Source of the DNA: Rhodocyclaceae bacterium
GTDB lineage: Bacteria > Pseudomonadota > Gammaproteobacteria > Burkholderiales > Rhodocyclaceae
DNA: 45,650 nt
Direction of reading: 5' to 3'
Assembly: GCA_030682595.1 (NCBI GenBank)
Contig: JAUXNZ010000036.1
Coordinates: 1-45,650 of the forward strand
In this document: in pieces, positions 9,792 through 18,758 of the stretch
Layout of the letters: each line of letters begins with the position of its first letter
Position numbering within the stretch: position 1 is the first letter of the stretch
Notes under the pieces: model-generated
Databases searched by the model: none
Told to the model about the DNA's origin: nothing
The model's input: only the letters and a program-made list of their open reading frames with translations
Program-made: the position numbers and the translations under genes

Positions 9792-10217
9792 TCAGATAAT
9801 GATGGGCGGGTAATATTCCTCGCCATCGTTGGCCTTCCTGAAATCAACCGCGTTCATGCCCGAACGCAAGCTCATGCGCTTGCGCTCATGGTCGGACTGC
9901 ACCTGCAGCAAGGTGATCACGCAGTCGCCCAGGCTGTCATACTCGTCCTTGCCGGTGCCGAATTGTTCGGCTTCGATGTAATAAAACTGGCAACGGAAGC
10001 GGCTGTGGTGCTTGTCACCGGTCTTGAAAATCACGAAGTGTGCGTCGCGCTCAACCCAGGTCAGGCTGGGGCAGGGCGTGGTCGCGCTGTCGAACGGGTC
10101 GAGCAACAGCTCGGCCTCGACGCTTTCCACTGCCACCGGCTTGCCATAGCGTTCCTGCAAGGCCTGGTTGACGAGTCGACGCTCGCTGGTGGTGAAATCG
10201 GGGGTTGAATTGGGCAT
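9792..10217 (-). CDS. Hypothetical protein (141 aa), co-oriented with the phosphoesterase
   Basis: Typical codon usage from ATG at 10217 (MPNSTPDF...); the longer ORF-track extension runs through the AT-rich promoter region and antisense to tusA. Confidence 0.75.
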   Translation of the reverse strand: MPNSTPDFTTSERRLVNQALQERYGKPVAVESVEAELLLDPFDSATTPCPSLTWVERDAHFVIFKTGDKHHSRFRCQFYYIEAEQFGTGKDEYDSLGDCVITLLQVQSDHERKRMSLRSGMNAVDFRKANDGEEYYPPIII

Positions 10218-10419
10218 GGCGGGTTTCCTGAAGATATTTGGGCGGGACAAAATACCGTGCGATAAAAAGCGCCGGGGCGCAAGAATATCGTAAGATTCCG
10301 GTAGCTCTGCGGCATTATAAGTTTTCACGATTGCCGCAGCAGTAAAAGAGGCATATGATTCTGCACACGAAGGATTAACCCACCCTTTCAACCACCCACT
10401 AATTACCGGAGGAATAACA

Positions 10420-10647
10420 ATGAATTTTGACAAAGAGCTGGATGCCCGTGGCCTGAACTGCCCGCTGCCGATCCTGCGTGCCAAGAAAGCGCTCGGCGAA
10501 CTGACCAGCGGCCAGGTGCTGCGCATTCTTGCCACCGACCCCGGCTCCGTGAAGGACTTCGTCGCCTTCGCCAAGCAGACCGGCAACGAACTGCTCTCCA
10601 GCGCCGAGAACAACAAGGAATTCGAGTTCTACATCAAGCGCAAGTAA
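10420..10647 (+). CDS. tusA: TusA/SirA-family sulfur carrier
   Basis: LDARGLNCPLPIL (CPxP), ATDPGSVKDF; GGAGGA RBS. Confidence 0.93.
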   Translation: MNFDKELDARGLNCPLPILRAKKALGELTSGQVLRILATDPGSVKDFVAFAKQTGNELLSSAENNKEFEFYIKRK

Positions 10648-10654
10648 GCCCGCC

Positions 10655-10682
10655 AAAAGGCGCCGTTGATCGGCGCCTTTTT
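10655..10682 (+). terminator. Intrinsic terminator after tusA
   Basis: aaaaggcgccg-ttgat-cggcgccttttt. Confidence 0.85.
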
Positions 10683-10763
10683 CGCGTCTGGCATATAAGT
10701 ATTTTAGTCTTTTAGACTTTTCTGAAATTCCGCGCCCCCCCCCGAGCGATTCAGGAGGAAACC

Positions 10764-11369
10764 ATGACCGACACCACCAACATCGACGAACTGATCAACC
10801 AGCGCCTCGAAGCCCTGCTGCCGCAAAAACTCGAAGCCCTGCTGCAAGCGCGCGAAGAAGCGAAGACGCCCTCGCTGGCCATCATCGCCACCAAAGGCAC
10901 GCTGGACTGGGGATATCCCCCTTTCATCCTCGCTTCCACCGCCGCCGCGCTGGGCTGGGATGTCACCATCTTCTTCACCTTCTATGGCCTGCAACTGGTC
11001 AAGAAGGATCTTTCCGACCTCAAGGTCAGCCCGCTCGGCAACCCCGGCATGCCCATGAAAATGCCCTTCGGTCCTGACTGGTTCAAGAGCATGAACTGGA
11101 ACATCCCCAACATCGTGCAGGGCAACGTCCCTGGTTTCGAGAGCCTGGCCACCGCCTTGATGCAACAAACCATCAAGAACAACGGCGTCGCCAGCCTCAC
11201 CGAACTGCGCGAACTCTCGCAAGAAGCCGGCGTCAAGTTCTCCGTCTGCCAGATGACCGTCGAGTTGTTTGGTTTCGACCACAACGACTTCGTCGACGGC
11301 ATGGAATATGTCGGCGCCGCCTCCTTCCTGCCGGTCGCCCAGGTGGCCGATGTGACCCTGTTTATTTGA
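10764..11369 (+). CDS. dsrE2: DsrE2-like (DsrE/DsrF family) sulfur relay protein
   Basis: IIATKGTLDWGYPPFILASTAAA...FFTFYGL, PLGNPGMPM, conserved CQMT Cys, YVGAASF; next to tusA. Confidence 0.85.
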   Translation: MTDTTNIDELINQRLEALLPQKLEALLQAREEAKTPSLAIIATKGTLDWGYPPFILASTAAALGWDVTIFFTFYGLQLVKKDLSDLKVSPLGNPGMPMKMPFGPDWFKSMNWNIPNIVQGNVPGFESLATALMQQTIKNNGVASLTELRELSQEAGVKFSVCQMTVELFGFDHNDFVDGMEYVGAASFLPVAQVADVTLFI

Positions 11370-11528
11370 GAAGTTGTCGTATCGCCGCAACGCGGAGGGT
11401 TTGAGGTGATGGGTGAAGGCAGACAAACCGTTGTCACCTGCCGCCAGAAAGCCTAAAGTAGCCCCGACTTGTTGTCGTTTGTCAGCAAATATCGCTAACT
11501 GCTTGAATTCAACCCAAAAGGGGGAAGC

Positions 11529-12905
11529 ATGAAACTCAATAAAATCGCTGCACTGCTCGCCGTCGCCGGACTGTCCACCTCGGCCTTCGCCACCAATGGC
11601 ATGAACATCGAAGGCTACGGCCCGATCGCATTAGGCATGGGTGGCGCTTCCTTCGCCTATGACAACGGCCCTGGTGCCATGATGGGCAATCCGGCCACCC
11701 TTGGCCTGATGGCACAGGGGAGTGGCATTGGTGCCGCATTGGGCTTCCTCGGTCCGGATGTCGGAGTGACCCATCCCCTGGCCGGCTCGATCGGTTCCGG
11801 CGGCGACGCCTACTACATGCCGGCTATTGGCTATGTACGCAAGGAAGGCAAGCTGACCTACGGTATCGGTGTGTATTCGCAGGGAGGCATGGGTACCGAG
11901 TTTGGTGCAACTTCTTTCATGGCAGCAGGTACTGGGCAGGACGTTCGCTCCGAAGTGGGTGTCGGTCGCTTTATCCTGCCGCTGGCCTATAACGTGAATG
12001 ACCAACTGACGATTGGTGGTTCTGTAGACTGGGTCTGGGCCACTATGGACATTAAAATGGCGGCCAGCGGTGCTCAATTTAATGCAATGACAACTGGAAT
12101 GACAGCGGGTCTAGGTGGTGCGATGACTGCCTTAGTAACTGGCGGCGCCAATACATTCCGCATCGATTTCTCAGATAATAATGATTTCAATGGTAAGGCC
12201 TTCGGCTCCGGTTTCGCCGGCAAGTTGGGTCTTGTGTACAAGGTCAGCCCGGCGCTTACGGTGGGAGCTGCTTACCACTCAAAAACCAATCTGGGTGACA
12301 TGAAGACCGACGATAATGGTGCGGCTTTCTCTGCGTTTAATTCTGGAGTGTCGATGGGTGCCGCCATGCCGGGCAAAATCACCATCCGCAATTTCCAGTG
12401 GCCTGAAACCTACGGTCTCGGCATGGCATTCCAGGCAACCGATAAGCTGATGATCGCGGCAGACTACAAGCGCATCAACTGGTCCGGGGTCATGCAAGAT
12501 TTCAACATGACTTACAGTACCGGTGCGCTGGGTGGGGCAGACTCTGCCGACTTCAGAATCAGCCAGAACTGGAACGATCAGGACGTCTTCATGATTGGTG
12601 CTTCATACCGGATGAACGAGGCCTTGACACTGCGTGTCGGCGGAAACTTTGCCAAGAACCCGGTGCCGGATAATCGCGTTCATCCGTTGTTCCCGGCGAT
12701 TGTTGAAGAGCATTACACCTTTGGCGCGGGCTATATGCTGAGCAAGAAGAGCGCGGTTGACTTCGCATTGTCCTATGCACCCAAAGTAACTGTCACCGGG
12801 ACACAGATGACTGATGGTGCAATGGGTAGTGGTGTTACCGCCAATCCTCTGACCATCACGCACTCCCAGCTAAGCTGGCAAGTGCAGTACGGCCATCGCT
12901 TCTGA
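11529..12905 (+). CDS. OmpP1/FadL/TodX-family outer-membrane beta-barrel transporter
   Basis: Signal peptide, ATNG...GMGGA...NPA hatch motifs, alternating beta strands, C-terminal Phe (YGHRF). Confidence 0.9.
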   Translation: MKLNKIAALLAVAGLSTSAFATNGMNIEGYGPIALGMGGASFAYDNGPGAMMGNPATLGLMAQGSGIGAALGFLGPDVGVTHPLAGSIGSGGDAYYMPAIGYVRKEGKLTYGIGVYSQGGMGTEFGATSFMAAGTGQDVRSEVGVGRFILPLAYNVNDQLTIGGSVDWVWATMDIKMAASGAQFNAMTTGMTAGLGGAMTALVTGGANTFRIDFSDNNDFNGKAFGSGFAGKLGLVYKVSPALTVGAAYHSKTNLGDMKTDDNGAAFSAFNSGVSMGAAMPGKITIRNFQWPETYGLGMAFQATDKLMIAADYKRINWSGVMQDFNMTYSTGALGGADSADFRISQNWNDQDVFMIGASYRMNEALTLRVGGNFAKNPVPDNRVHPLFPAIVEEHYTFGAGYMLSKKSAVDFALSYAPKVTVTGTQMTDGAMGSGVTANPLTITHSQLSWQVQYGHRF

Positions 12906-12919
12906 TCGCTGACAGCATC

Positions 12920-12957
12920 AAAAAAGGCCGGCAGGGTTAAACCTTCCGGCCTTTTTT
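12920..12957 (+). terminator. Intrinsic terminator after the FadL-like gene
   Basis: aaaaaaggccgg...ccggcctttttt. Confidence 0.85.
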
Positions 12958-13009
12958 ATAGCTCTACCGATAAATACGACTGATCCTGCGTGAATAAATT
13001 CAAGGAGGC

Positions 13010-13897
13010 ATGATGAAAAGAATTCTGGCTGGTGTTGTTCTCGCTGTGTTTTCGCTGCTGGCGCATGCCTTGCAGCCCTATGTCACCGCCGACAAGGTGG
13101 CGGGGGGTGACATCAAGGCCGTGATGGCGGCGGCGGAACGGAAATTGACGGCCGAGGGGTTTGCGGTGATTGGCCAGCATCTGCCGGCGGGTTTGCCGCA
13201 GCATGGCGTGATCGTGGTGACCGAGCCGGGCTTTTCGGCGGCGCTGTTGCAGATCGGCGGTTCGGCCGTGGTCGGGTTGCCGATTCGCGTCGGGGTCAAG
13301 GCGGATGGCACCGTGTCCTATCTCAACCTCGAATACTGGCAGCGCGCCTTTTTGCGCCAGGATTACGCCAAGGCCGAGGAGGCGGTGAAGGCGACCACGG
13401 CCAAACTGCAAAAGGCGCTGGGCGCGGGCAAGGCATTTGGTGGTGACGTCAAGGTCGGAAACCTGCCGACCTACCGCTACATGGCGGGGATGGAGCGCTT
13501 TGCCGACAAGACCGAGTTGAAGGCCTATGGCAACTTTGACGAAGCGGTGAAGACCATCCGCGACAACCTCGTCAAGAATACCGCCAAGACAGCCAAGGTG
13601 TATGAGGTCGTCAATGTGGAGAAGAAACTCGCCGTGTTCGGCGTGGCGACGAATGATGCCGAAAATGGCGAAGGTACCTGGGCGAAGAAGATCGGTCCCG
13701 ACCATATCGCCGCCCTGCCGTGGGAAATCTTTGTGGTCGACAACAAGGTCCACGCCCTGTTCGGCCGTTATCGTACCGCGTTGGCCTGGCCCGATCTGGG
13801 CATGTTCCAGTTCATGGGCATCGCCAGCCACCCGGACAGCACTGCGGAAATGATGGCAAAGGTGGCCGGCGGCACCTATTCGGCGCAGGGTAATTAA
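13010..13897 (+). CDS. Exported (periplasmic) hypothetical protein
   Basis: AAGGAGG RBS, Sec signal peptide (MMKRIL...AHA), typical codon usage. Confidence 0.8.
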   Translation: MMKRILAGVVLAVFSLLAHALQPYVTADKVAGGDIKAVMAAAERKLTAEGFAVIGQHLPAGLPQHGVIVVTEPGFSAALLQIGGSAVVGLPIRVGVKADGTVSYLNLEYWQRAFLRQDYAKAEEAVKATTAKLQKALGAGKAFGGDVKVGNLPTYRYMAGMERFADKTELKAYGNFDEAVKTIRDNLVKNTAKTAKVYEVVNVEKKLAVFGVATNDAENGEGTWAKKIGPDHIAALPWEIFVVDNKVHALFGRYRTALAWPDLGMFQFMGIASHPDSTAEMMAKVAGGTYSAQGN

Positions 13898-13960
13898 GCG
13901 CGACAGGCGGGCAGTCCAGCGCCCGCCAAGCTAGCGCAGGCCAGCGCCAGCCCGGGATGG

Positions 13961-14893
13961 TCAGCGGGTGTTACGGCGGTCAATCAGGAAGAGAGGCGCC
14001 CACAAGGCGCCTTGCAGCGTGACGGCCAGGCCGTGCAGCAGGGCGCCGGCCACGGCGATATCGGCCGGCAGGCCGGCCAGCAGCCAGTAGGTGGCCATGG
14101 CTGCTTCGCGCGTGCCGTAGCCGCCGACCGAGACCGGCAGGGCGGTGACGATGAATACCGGTGCGGCGATCGCGGTGAGATAGAGTACCGGGACGTCGGG
14201 GGTGACGGCGTGGAGCGCCGCCCACAGTGCCGCGATGGTGGCGATTTGCACGATGGCCGAGCTGACGAAGGTGAGTTGCGCGAGCCGGGCGGTTTCGGAC
14301 AGCAGGCGCAGCAGGCGGGCCGGCAGCCGCTGCGGGGCGAGATTCAACCGGGCGCCGAGCGCGCGCGCGGCAAAGGGGATGCCCAACGCAAGCGCGATGC
14401 CCGCGAGGTGCGCGTAGAGCGTCGCCGGAGCCAGGCCGGGCTGCGACACGATGGGCACGACGGCGAGCGCGAGCCAGGCCAGCCACGCGATGACGCACAG
14501 CGCCCAGAGGCCCGAGAGTCGGTCCAGGGCGACCGAGGCGGCTGACTTGAGCAGTGGATTGCCAAGCTTCTGTAATATGACAGCGCGGTAAGCATCGCCG
14601 CCCAGCGTTGCGCCGGGCAGCACGGTGTTGAGCGCGACGCCCCGGCCATAGGCGGGCAGGAGGGTGCCGGCGCTGGCGACGAGGCCGAGATGGCGGGCAA
14701 TGATCAGCCAGCGCCAGGCCGAGACGATGTTGGCGAGAATGCCGAGGCCGACGGCCAGGGCAAACCAGTAAAAGTCGGCGCTGGCGAGACGGCGCAGCAA
14801 GGCGGCGCCATCGACGGCCCAGGCAATCAGGCCGAGCAGGACGAATGAAACGAGTAACCGGACGGCCAGCCGCAGCACGGGATGTCTGCTCAC
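13961..14893 (-). CDS. UPF0104 / lysylphosphatidylglycerol synthase TM (flippase-like) membrane protein; start uncertain (GTG 14893 or 14974)
   Basis: Multiple TM helices; RW, NTVLPGATLGGDAYR, DRLSG, LPVSVGGYGTRE motifs. Confidence 0.85.
   Translation of the reverse strand: MSRHPVLRLAVRLLVSFVLLGLIAWAVDGAALLRRLASADFYWFALAVGLGILANIVSAWRWLIIARHLGLVASAGTLLPAYGRGVALNTVLPGATLGGDAYRAVILQKLGNPLLKSAASVALDRLSGLWALCVIAWLAWLALAVVPIVSQPGLAPATLYAHLAGIALALGIPFAARALGARLNLAPQRLPARLLRLLSETARLAQLTFVSSAIVQIATIAALWAALHAVTPDVPVLYLTAIAAPVFIVTALPVSVGGYGTREAAMATYWLLAGLPADIAVAGALLHGLAVTLQGALWAPLFLIDRRNTR
14770..14794 (+). repeat. 25-bp dispersed motif, perfect copy (antisense in UPF0104 gene, encodes RRLASADF)
   Basis: aaaagtcggcgctggcgagacggcg. 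Confidence 0.95.
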
Positions 14894-14919
14894 CGGGGTA
14901 GTGGCGTCGGGGGAATGAG

Positions 14920-14999
14920 CCCCCCCCGAAAAACTCGCTTCGCTCGTTTCTCCCCCCAGGGGGCCAAGAAACACTTGGGGCGGCCCGGCGTGTTTCTTG
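14920..14999 (+). repeat. Conserved-loop palindromic element, short form
   Basis: ctcgcttcgctcg, ccccccaggggg, then caagaaacac-TTGGGGCGGCCCGGC-gtgtttcttg (perfect 10-bp stem). Confidence 0.85.
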
Positions 15000-15062
15000 A
15001 GAGATATTGCGCACCGCCATGCGGCGCGTGACAGATGGGGATGACGGTGGCGAGCGGGACGC

Positions 15063-17972
15063 TCATGCTTGCAGCCGCTCGTTCTGGGCGACGATCTTGG
15101 CGAGCGTGGCCCGGAAAGCCGCCAGCCGTTCGCGCTCCTGCGCCACGACGGCGGCCGGGGCGCGGGCGACGAAGCTTTCCGTCGCCAGCTTCTTTTCGGC
15201 CTTGACGATCTCGCCTTCGAGGCGGGCGATTTCCTTGCCGAGCCGTTCTTTTTCGGCGGCGACGTCGATCTCGATTTTCAGCATCAAGCGGAATTCGCCG
15301 ACGATCTGCACCGGGGCGTCGGTGTCGGGCAGGGTGGCGACGGCGGTCACTTCCGAGAGCTTGGCGAGCGCCGCGAGATAGGGGGCGTAGGCGGTCAGTT
15401 GCGCCATCTCGCCAGCGCCGACTAATGGTACCTTTTGGGCTGGTGAGAGGTTCATCTCGCCGCGCAGGCTGCGGCAGGCGGTGATCAGCGATTTGAGCGT
15501 GGCGACCCAGGCTTCGGCGGACGCGTCAATACGCGACGGATCGGCCACCGGATAGGCTTGCAGCATGATTGTCGCTGCATGAGTCGCCGTCTCGCCAGCG
15601 CCGACTTTTGCGCGTCCGGCGAGCGGGGCAACGGTCTGCCAGAGCTCTTCGGTAATGAAGGGGATCAGCGGGTGGGCGAGGCGCAATACGGTTTCGAGTA
15701 CGCGCAACAGTGTGCGCCGGGTGGCGCGCTGCTCTGCTTCATTGCCGGTCTGGAGCTGCACCTTCGCCAGTTCGACATACCAGTCGCAGTATTCGTCCCA
15801 GACAAATTCGTAAATCGTTTTGGCCAGCAGGTCGAATCTGTAATCGGCGAAGTGTTTGGCGACATCGGCCTCGACGCGCTGCAACTGGCTGACAATCCAG
15901 CGGTCGGCGGGGGAGCAGTCGAGCGGCAGCGCCGCGTCGAGGCCGCAGTCCTTGCCCGCACAATTCATCAGCACAAAGCGGCTGGCGTTCCACAATTTGT
16001 TGCAGAAGTTGCGATAGCCCGCGCAGCGCTGCATGTCGAACTTGATGTCGCGGCCCGGGCTGGCCAGCGACAGGAAGGTGAAGCGCAGGGCGTCGGTGCC
16101 GACGCCGGCGATGCCGCTCGGGTATTCCTTGCGCGTGCGCTTCTCGATTTGCGCGGCCTGCTTCGGGTTCATCAGGCCGGTGGTGCGTTTGGCGACCAGC
16201 GCGTCCAGGCTGATGCCGTCAATCAGGTCGATCGGGTCGAGCACGTTGCCCTTGGATTTGCTCATCTTCTGGCCTTCCGCGTCGCGGATCAGACCATGCA
16301 CATAGACGTCCTTGAACGGAATCTTGCCGGTGATGTGCTTGGTCATCATCACCATGCGCGCCACCCAGAAGAAGATGATGTCGAAGCCGGTGACCAGCAC
16401 CGTCGACGGCAGGTACAAATCGAGCGCGGGATTCGATTTTTGCGGCCACTCGGGCGTCCAGTCGAGTGTCGAGAAGGGCCAGAGCGCCGAAGAATACCAA
16501 GTATCGAGCACATCCGGGTCGCGCGCCAGTCCGCCGTGATAGCCGTCGTTCTTCGCCAGGGCGGAGGCTTCGGCTGCGTCGTGGGCGACATAGATGCGGC
16601 CGTCGTCGGTGTACCAGGCGGGAATCTGGTGGCCCCACCACAACTGGCGCGAAATGCACCAGTCCTGGATGTTGTTGAGCCACTGGTTGTAGGTGTTCAC
16701 CCAGTTTTCCGGGACGAACTTGATCTCGCCGGAGGCGACGCATGCCAGTGCCTTGCCGGCGATGCTCGTGCCGTCCTTGCCGGGCTTGGTCATGGCGACA
16801 AACCACTGATCGGTGAGCATCGGCTCGATGACGGCATTGGTGCGGTCGCCGCGCGGCACCATCAGCTTGTGCGGCTTGACCGAGACAAGCAGGCCAGCCG
16901 CTTCAAGATCGGCGACGATGGCCTGGCGGGCGGCGTAGCGATCCATGCCGCGATACTTCTCCGGACCATGTTCGTTGATGCGCGCGTCGAGCGTGAAGAT
17001 CGAGAGCGGCGTCAGGCCGTGACGATGACCGACCTGCCAGTCGTTGAAGTCGTGGGCCGGGGTGATCTTGACGCAGCCGGTGCCGAATTCCTTGTCGACA
17101 TAGGCATCGGCGATAACGGGAATGGCGCGGTCGGTCAGCGGCAGTCGCAACTGTTTGCCGACCAGATGGGCATACCGCTCGTCGTCGGGATTGACCGCGA
17201 CGGCGACGTCGCCGAGCATGGTTTCCGGCCGCGTCGTCGCGACGGTGAGCGAGCCATTTCCGCAGGCGAAAGGATACTGGATTTCCCACATGAAGCCGTC
17301 CTCTTCCGCGCTGACGACTTCGAGGTCGGAAACGGCGGTGAGCAGCTGCGGGTCCCAGTTGACAAGGCGTTTGCCACGATAGATCAAACCTTCCTTGTAA
17401 AGTCGGACGAAGGTCTCGGTGACGATCCCTGACAGCCCGGCATCCATCGTGAAGCGTTCGCGCGTCCAGTCGGGCGAAGTGCCGAGGCGGCGCATTTGCT
17501 GGGTGATGCTGCCGCCCGAATACTCCTTCCACTCCCAGACTTTTTCGAGAAATTTCTCGCGACCGAGTGCATGGCGGCTGACGCCCTGCGCGTCCAGTTG
17601 GCGTTCGACAACGATCTGCGTGGCGATGCCGGCATGGTCGGTGCCCGGCTGCCACAGCGTGTTGGCCCCGCGCATGCGGTGGTAGCGCGTCAGCGCATCC
17701 ATGATGGCCTGGTTGAAACCGTGGCCCATGTGCAGTGTGCCGGTGACATTCGGCGGCGGCAGCAGGATGCAGAAATTATCGTGCTTCGTGGTGTCGAGAC
17801 CGGCGGCGAAATAGCCGCTCGATTCCCAGACGGGATACCAGTGCTGCTCGATGGCGGCGGGCTCAAAGCTCGCGGGAAGCTCGTCGGGCCGTCCCAAGGG
17901 TTTCTCGGCCCCTTGCGGGGAGGGCGAAGCGGAGCGTGGCTTACGGGGTGGGTTCTTTTCGAGTTGTTCCAT
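15063..17972 (-). CDS. valS: Valine--tRNA ligase
   Basis: [13 protein letters not shown] (HIGH), [28 protein letters not shown]-terminal coiled coil. Confidence 0.98.
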   Translation of the reverse strand: MEQLEKNPPRKPRSASPSPQGAEKPLGRPDELPASFEPAAIEQHWYPVWESSGYFAAGLDTTKHDNFCILLPPPNVTGTLHMGHGFNQAIMDALTRYHRMRGANTLWQPGTDHAGIATQIVVERQLDAQGVSRHALGREKFLEKVWEWKEYSGGSITQQMRRLGTSPDWTRERFTMDAGLSGIVTETFVRLYKEGLIYRGKRLVNWDPQLLTAVSDLEVVSAEEDGFMWEIQYPFACGNGSLTVATTRPETMLGDVAVAVNPDDERYAHLVGKQLRLPLTDRAIPVIADAYVDKEFGTGCVKITPAHDFNDWQVGHRHGLTPLSIFTLDARINEHGPEKYRGMDRYAARQAIVADLEAAGLLVSVKPHKLMVPRGDRTNAVIEPMLTDQWFVAMTKPGKDGTSIAGKALACVASGEIKFVPENWVNTYNQWLNNIQDWCISRQLWWGHQIPAWYTDDGRIYVAHDAAEASALAKNDGYHGGLARDPDVLDTWYSSALWPFSTLDWTPEWPQKSNPALDLYLPSTVLVTGFDIIFFWVARMVMMTKHITGKIPFKDVYVHGLIRDAEGQKMSKSKGNVLDPIDLIDGISLDALVAKRTTGLMNPKQAAQIEKRTRKEYPSGIAGVGTDALRFTFLSLASPGRDIKFDMQRCAGYRNFCNKLWNASRFVLMNCAGKDCGLDAALPLDCSPADRWIVSQLQRVEADVAKHFADYRFDLLAKTIYEFVWDEYCDWYVELAKVQLQTGNEAEQRATRRTLLRVLETVLRLAHPLIPFITEELWQTVAPLAGRAKVGAGETATHAATIMLQAYPVADPSRIDASAEAWVATLKSLITACRSLRGEMNLSPAQKVPLVGAGEMAQLTAYAPYLAALAKLSEVTAVATLPDTDAPVQIVGEFRLMLKIEIDVAAEKERLGKEIARLEGEIVKAEKKLATESFVARAPAAVVAQERERLAAFRATLAKIVAQNERLQA
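15402..15426 (-). repeat. 25-bp dispersed motif (valS, 22/25, encodes LVGAGEMA)
   Basis: Minus strand attagtcggcgctggcgagatggcg. Confidence 0.85.
15585..15609 (-). repeat. 25-bp dispersed motif, perfect copy (valS, encodes KVGAGETA)
   Basis: Plus strand cgccgtctcgccagcgccgactttt. Confidence 0.95.
17873..17952 (-). repeat. Conserved-loop palindromic element inserted in frame in the valS 5' end
   Basis: Minus strand cgctccgcttcgccct-ccccgcaagggg-ccgagaaaccc-TTGGGACGGCCCGAC-gagcttcccg; same layout as 14920-14999. Confidence 0.8.
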
Positions 17973-18336
17973 TGTTCAGTATCTCTAGCAAGTGCGGCAG
18001 CAGGGTGTGGCGTGCCTTGGCATCCAGTTCGGTGAGGATGTTCTGGCTGGCGTTCGCCACGGCGGCGGGCAGCACTTCCACCAGCCACGCCGACAGTTCG
18101 TTTTCGACGTCCGCCCGCAGGGTGGCGAGCAGCGCTTCGCTGTCGCGCGGGGCGGTTTCAGGGGCATCGACCACCTCGGTCAGCACGGGGAAGTCGACGT
18201 CGTTTTCTGCGTTGTGCGCGGCGGCGACTGTGGTTTCCTCGTTCGCCACCTCGACCACGCGCGCCACGAAACTGCGATGGCGGCGCATCAGCGCGTCGGC
18301 CTGAGTGATCACGTCATCTTCCTGGGACATCATCAC
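17941..18336 (-). CDS. Hypothetical acidic protein between holC and valS
   Basis: ATGA overlap with holC stop; contains PVLTEVV; overlaps the valS start by 32 nt. Confidence 0.75.
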   Translation of the reverse strand: MMMSQEDDVITQADALMRRHRSFVARVVEVANEETTVAAAHNAENDVDFPVLTEVVDAPETAPRDSEALLATLRADVENELSAWLVEVLPAAVANASQNILTELDAKARHTLLPHLLEILNNGTTRKEPTP

Positions 18337-18758
18337 AAGCCGCCGGAAATGTCGCGGCTGTCGACGGCGTAGCCGCGCTCGCGATAGAACTTGAAGCGCT
18401 CGCGGGCCGGCAGGCGGTCGGTGTCATCGGTGCTGACGATTTCGACGAGATGTTCAAAACGTGAAAACGTCGCGGGCAGGGTGTTGCCAAGATTGAGCAG
18501 GCAGTTTTCCTGCAGCGCCCCATCCAGCGTGTCGGTCAGCAAAATCGGCGTCTCGCCGGCCAGCGGCGAATCGATCCGGCAATGCGGCAGAAAGGACAGC
18601 GCCGGTTGCGTCCACAGCAGGCGATCCAGCTGCGCGGCCTGTGCGGCGTCCGGCACATAGACAAGCACTGGCGGACGTTCGGCCCAGGCCTGTTGCAGCC
18701 ACTGCGCAGCCGCCTGGATGCGGTCGGCCGCGCCGTGGAGAAACGAGATACGGGTCAC
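18333..18758 (-). CDS. holC: DNA polymerase III chi subunit
   Basis: LDRLLWT...[18 protein letters not shown]; pepA-holC-valS synteny. Confidence 0.95.
   Translation of the reverse strand: MTRISFLHGAADRIQAAAQWLQQAWAERPPVLVYVPDAAQAAQLDRLLWTQPALSFLPHCRIDSPLAGETPILLTDTLDGALQENCLLNLGNTLPATFSRFEHLVEIVSTDDTDRLPARERFKFYRERGYAVDSRDISGGL

Noticed and set aside
9073-9813. 246-aa plus-strand ORF
   Set aside because: Translation of the repeat element plus the antisense of the phosphoesterase.
7668-14769. Apparent absence of the motif from the sulfur module
   Set aside because: A longer gap (18786-28678) exists in core genes, so depletion cannot be claimed from 15 copies.
15558-17432. Long antisense ORFs (also 24724-26400, 26870-28033, 7071-8219)
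   Set aside because: Shadow frames of well-conserved genes in high-GC DNA; no recognisable motifs.
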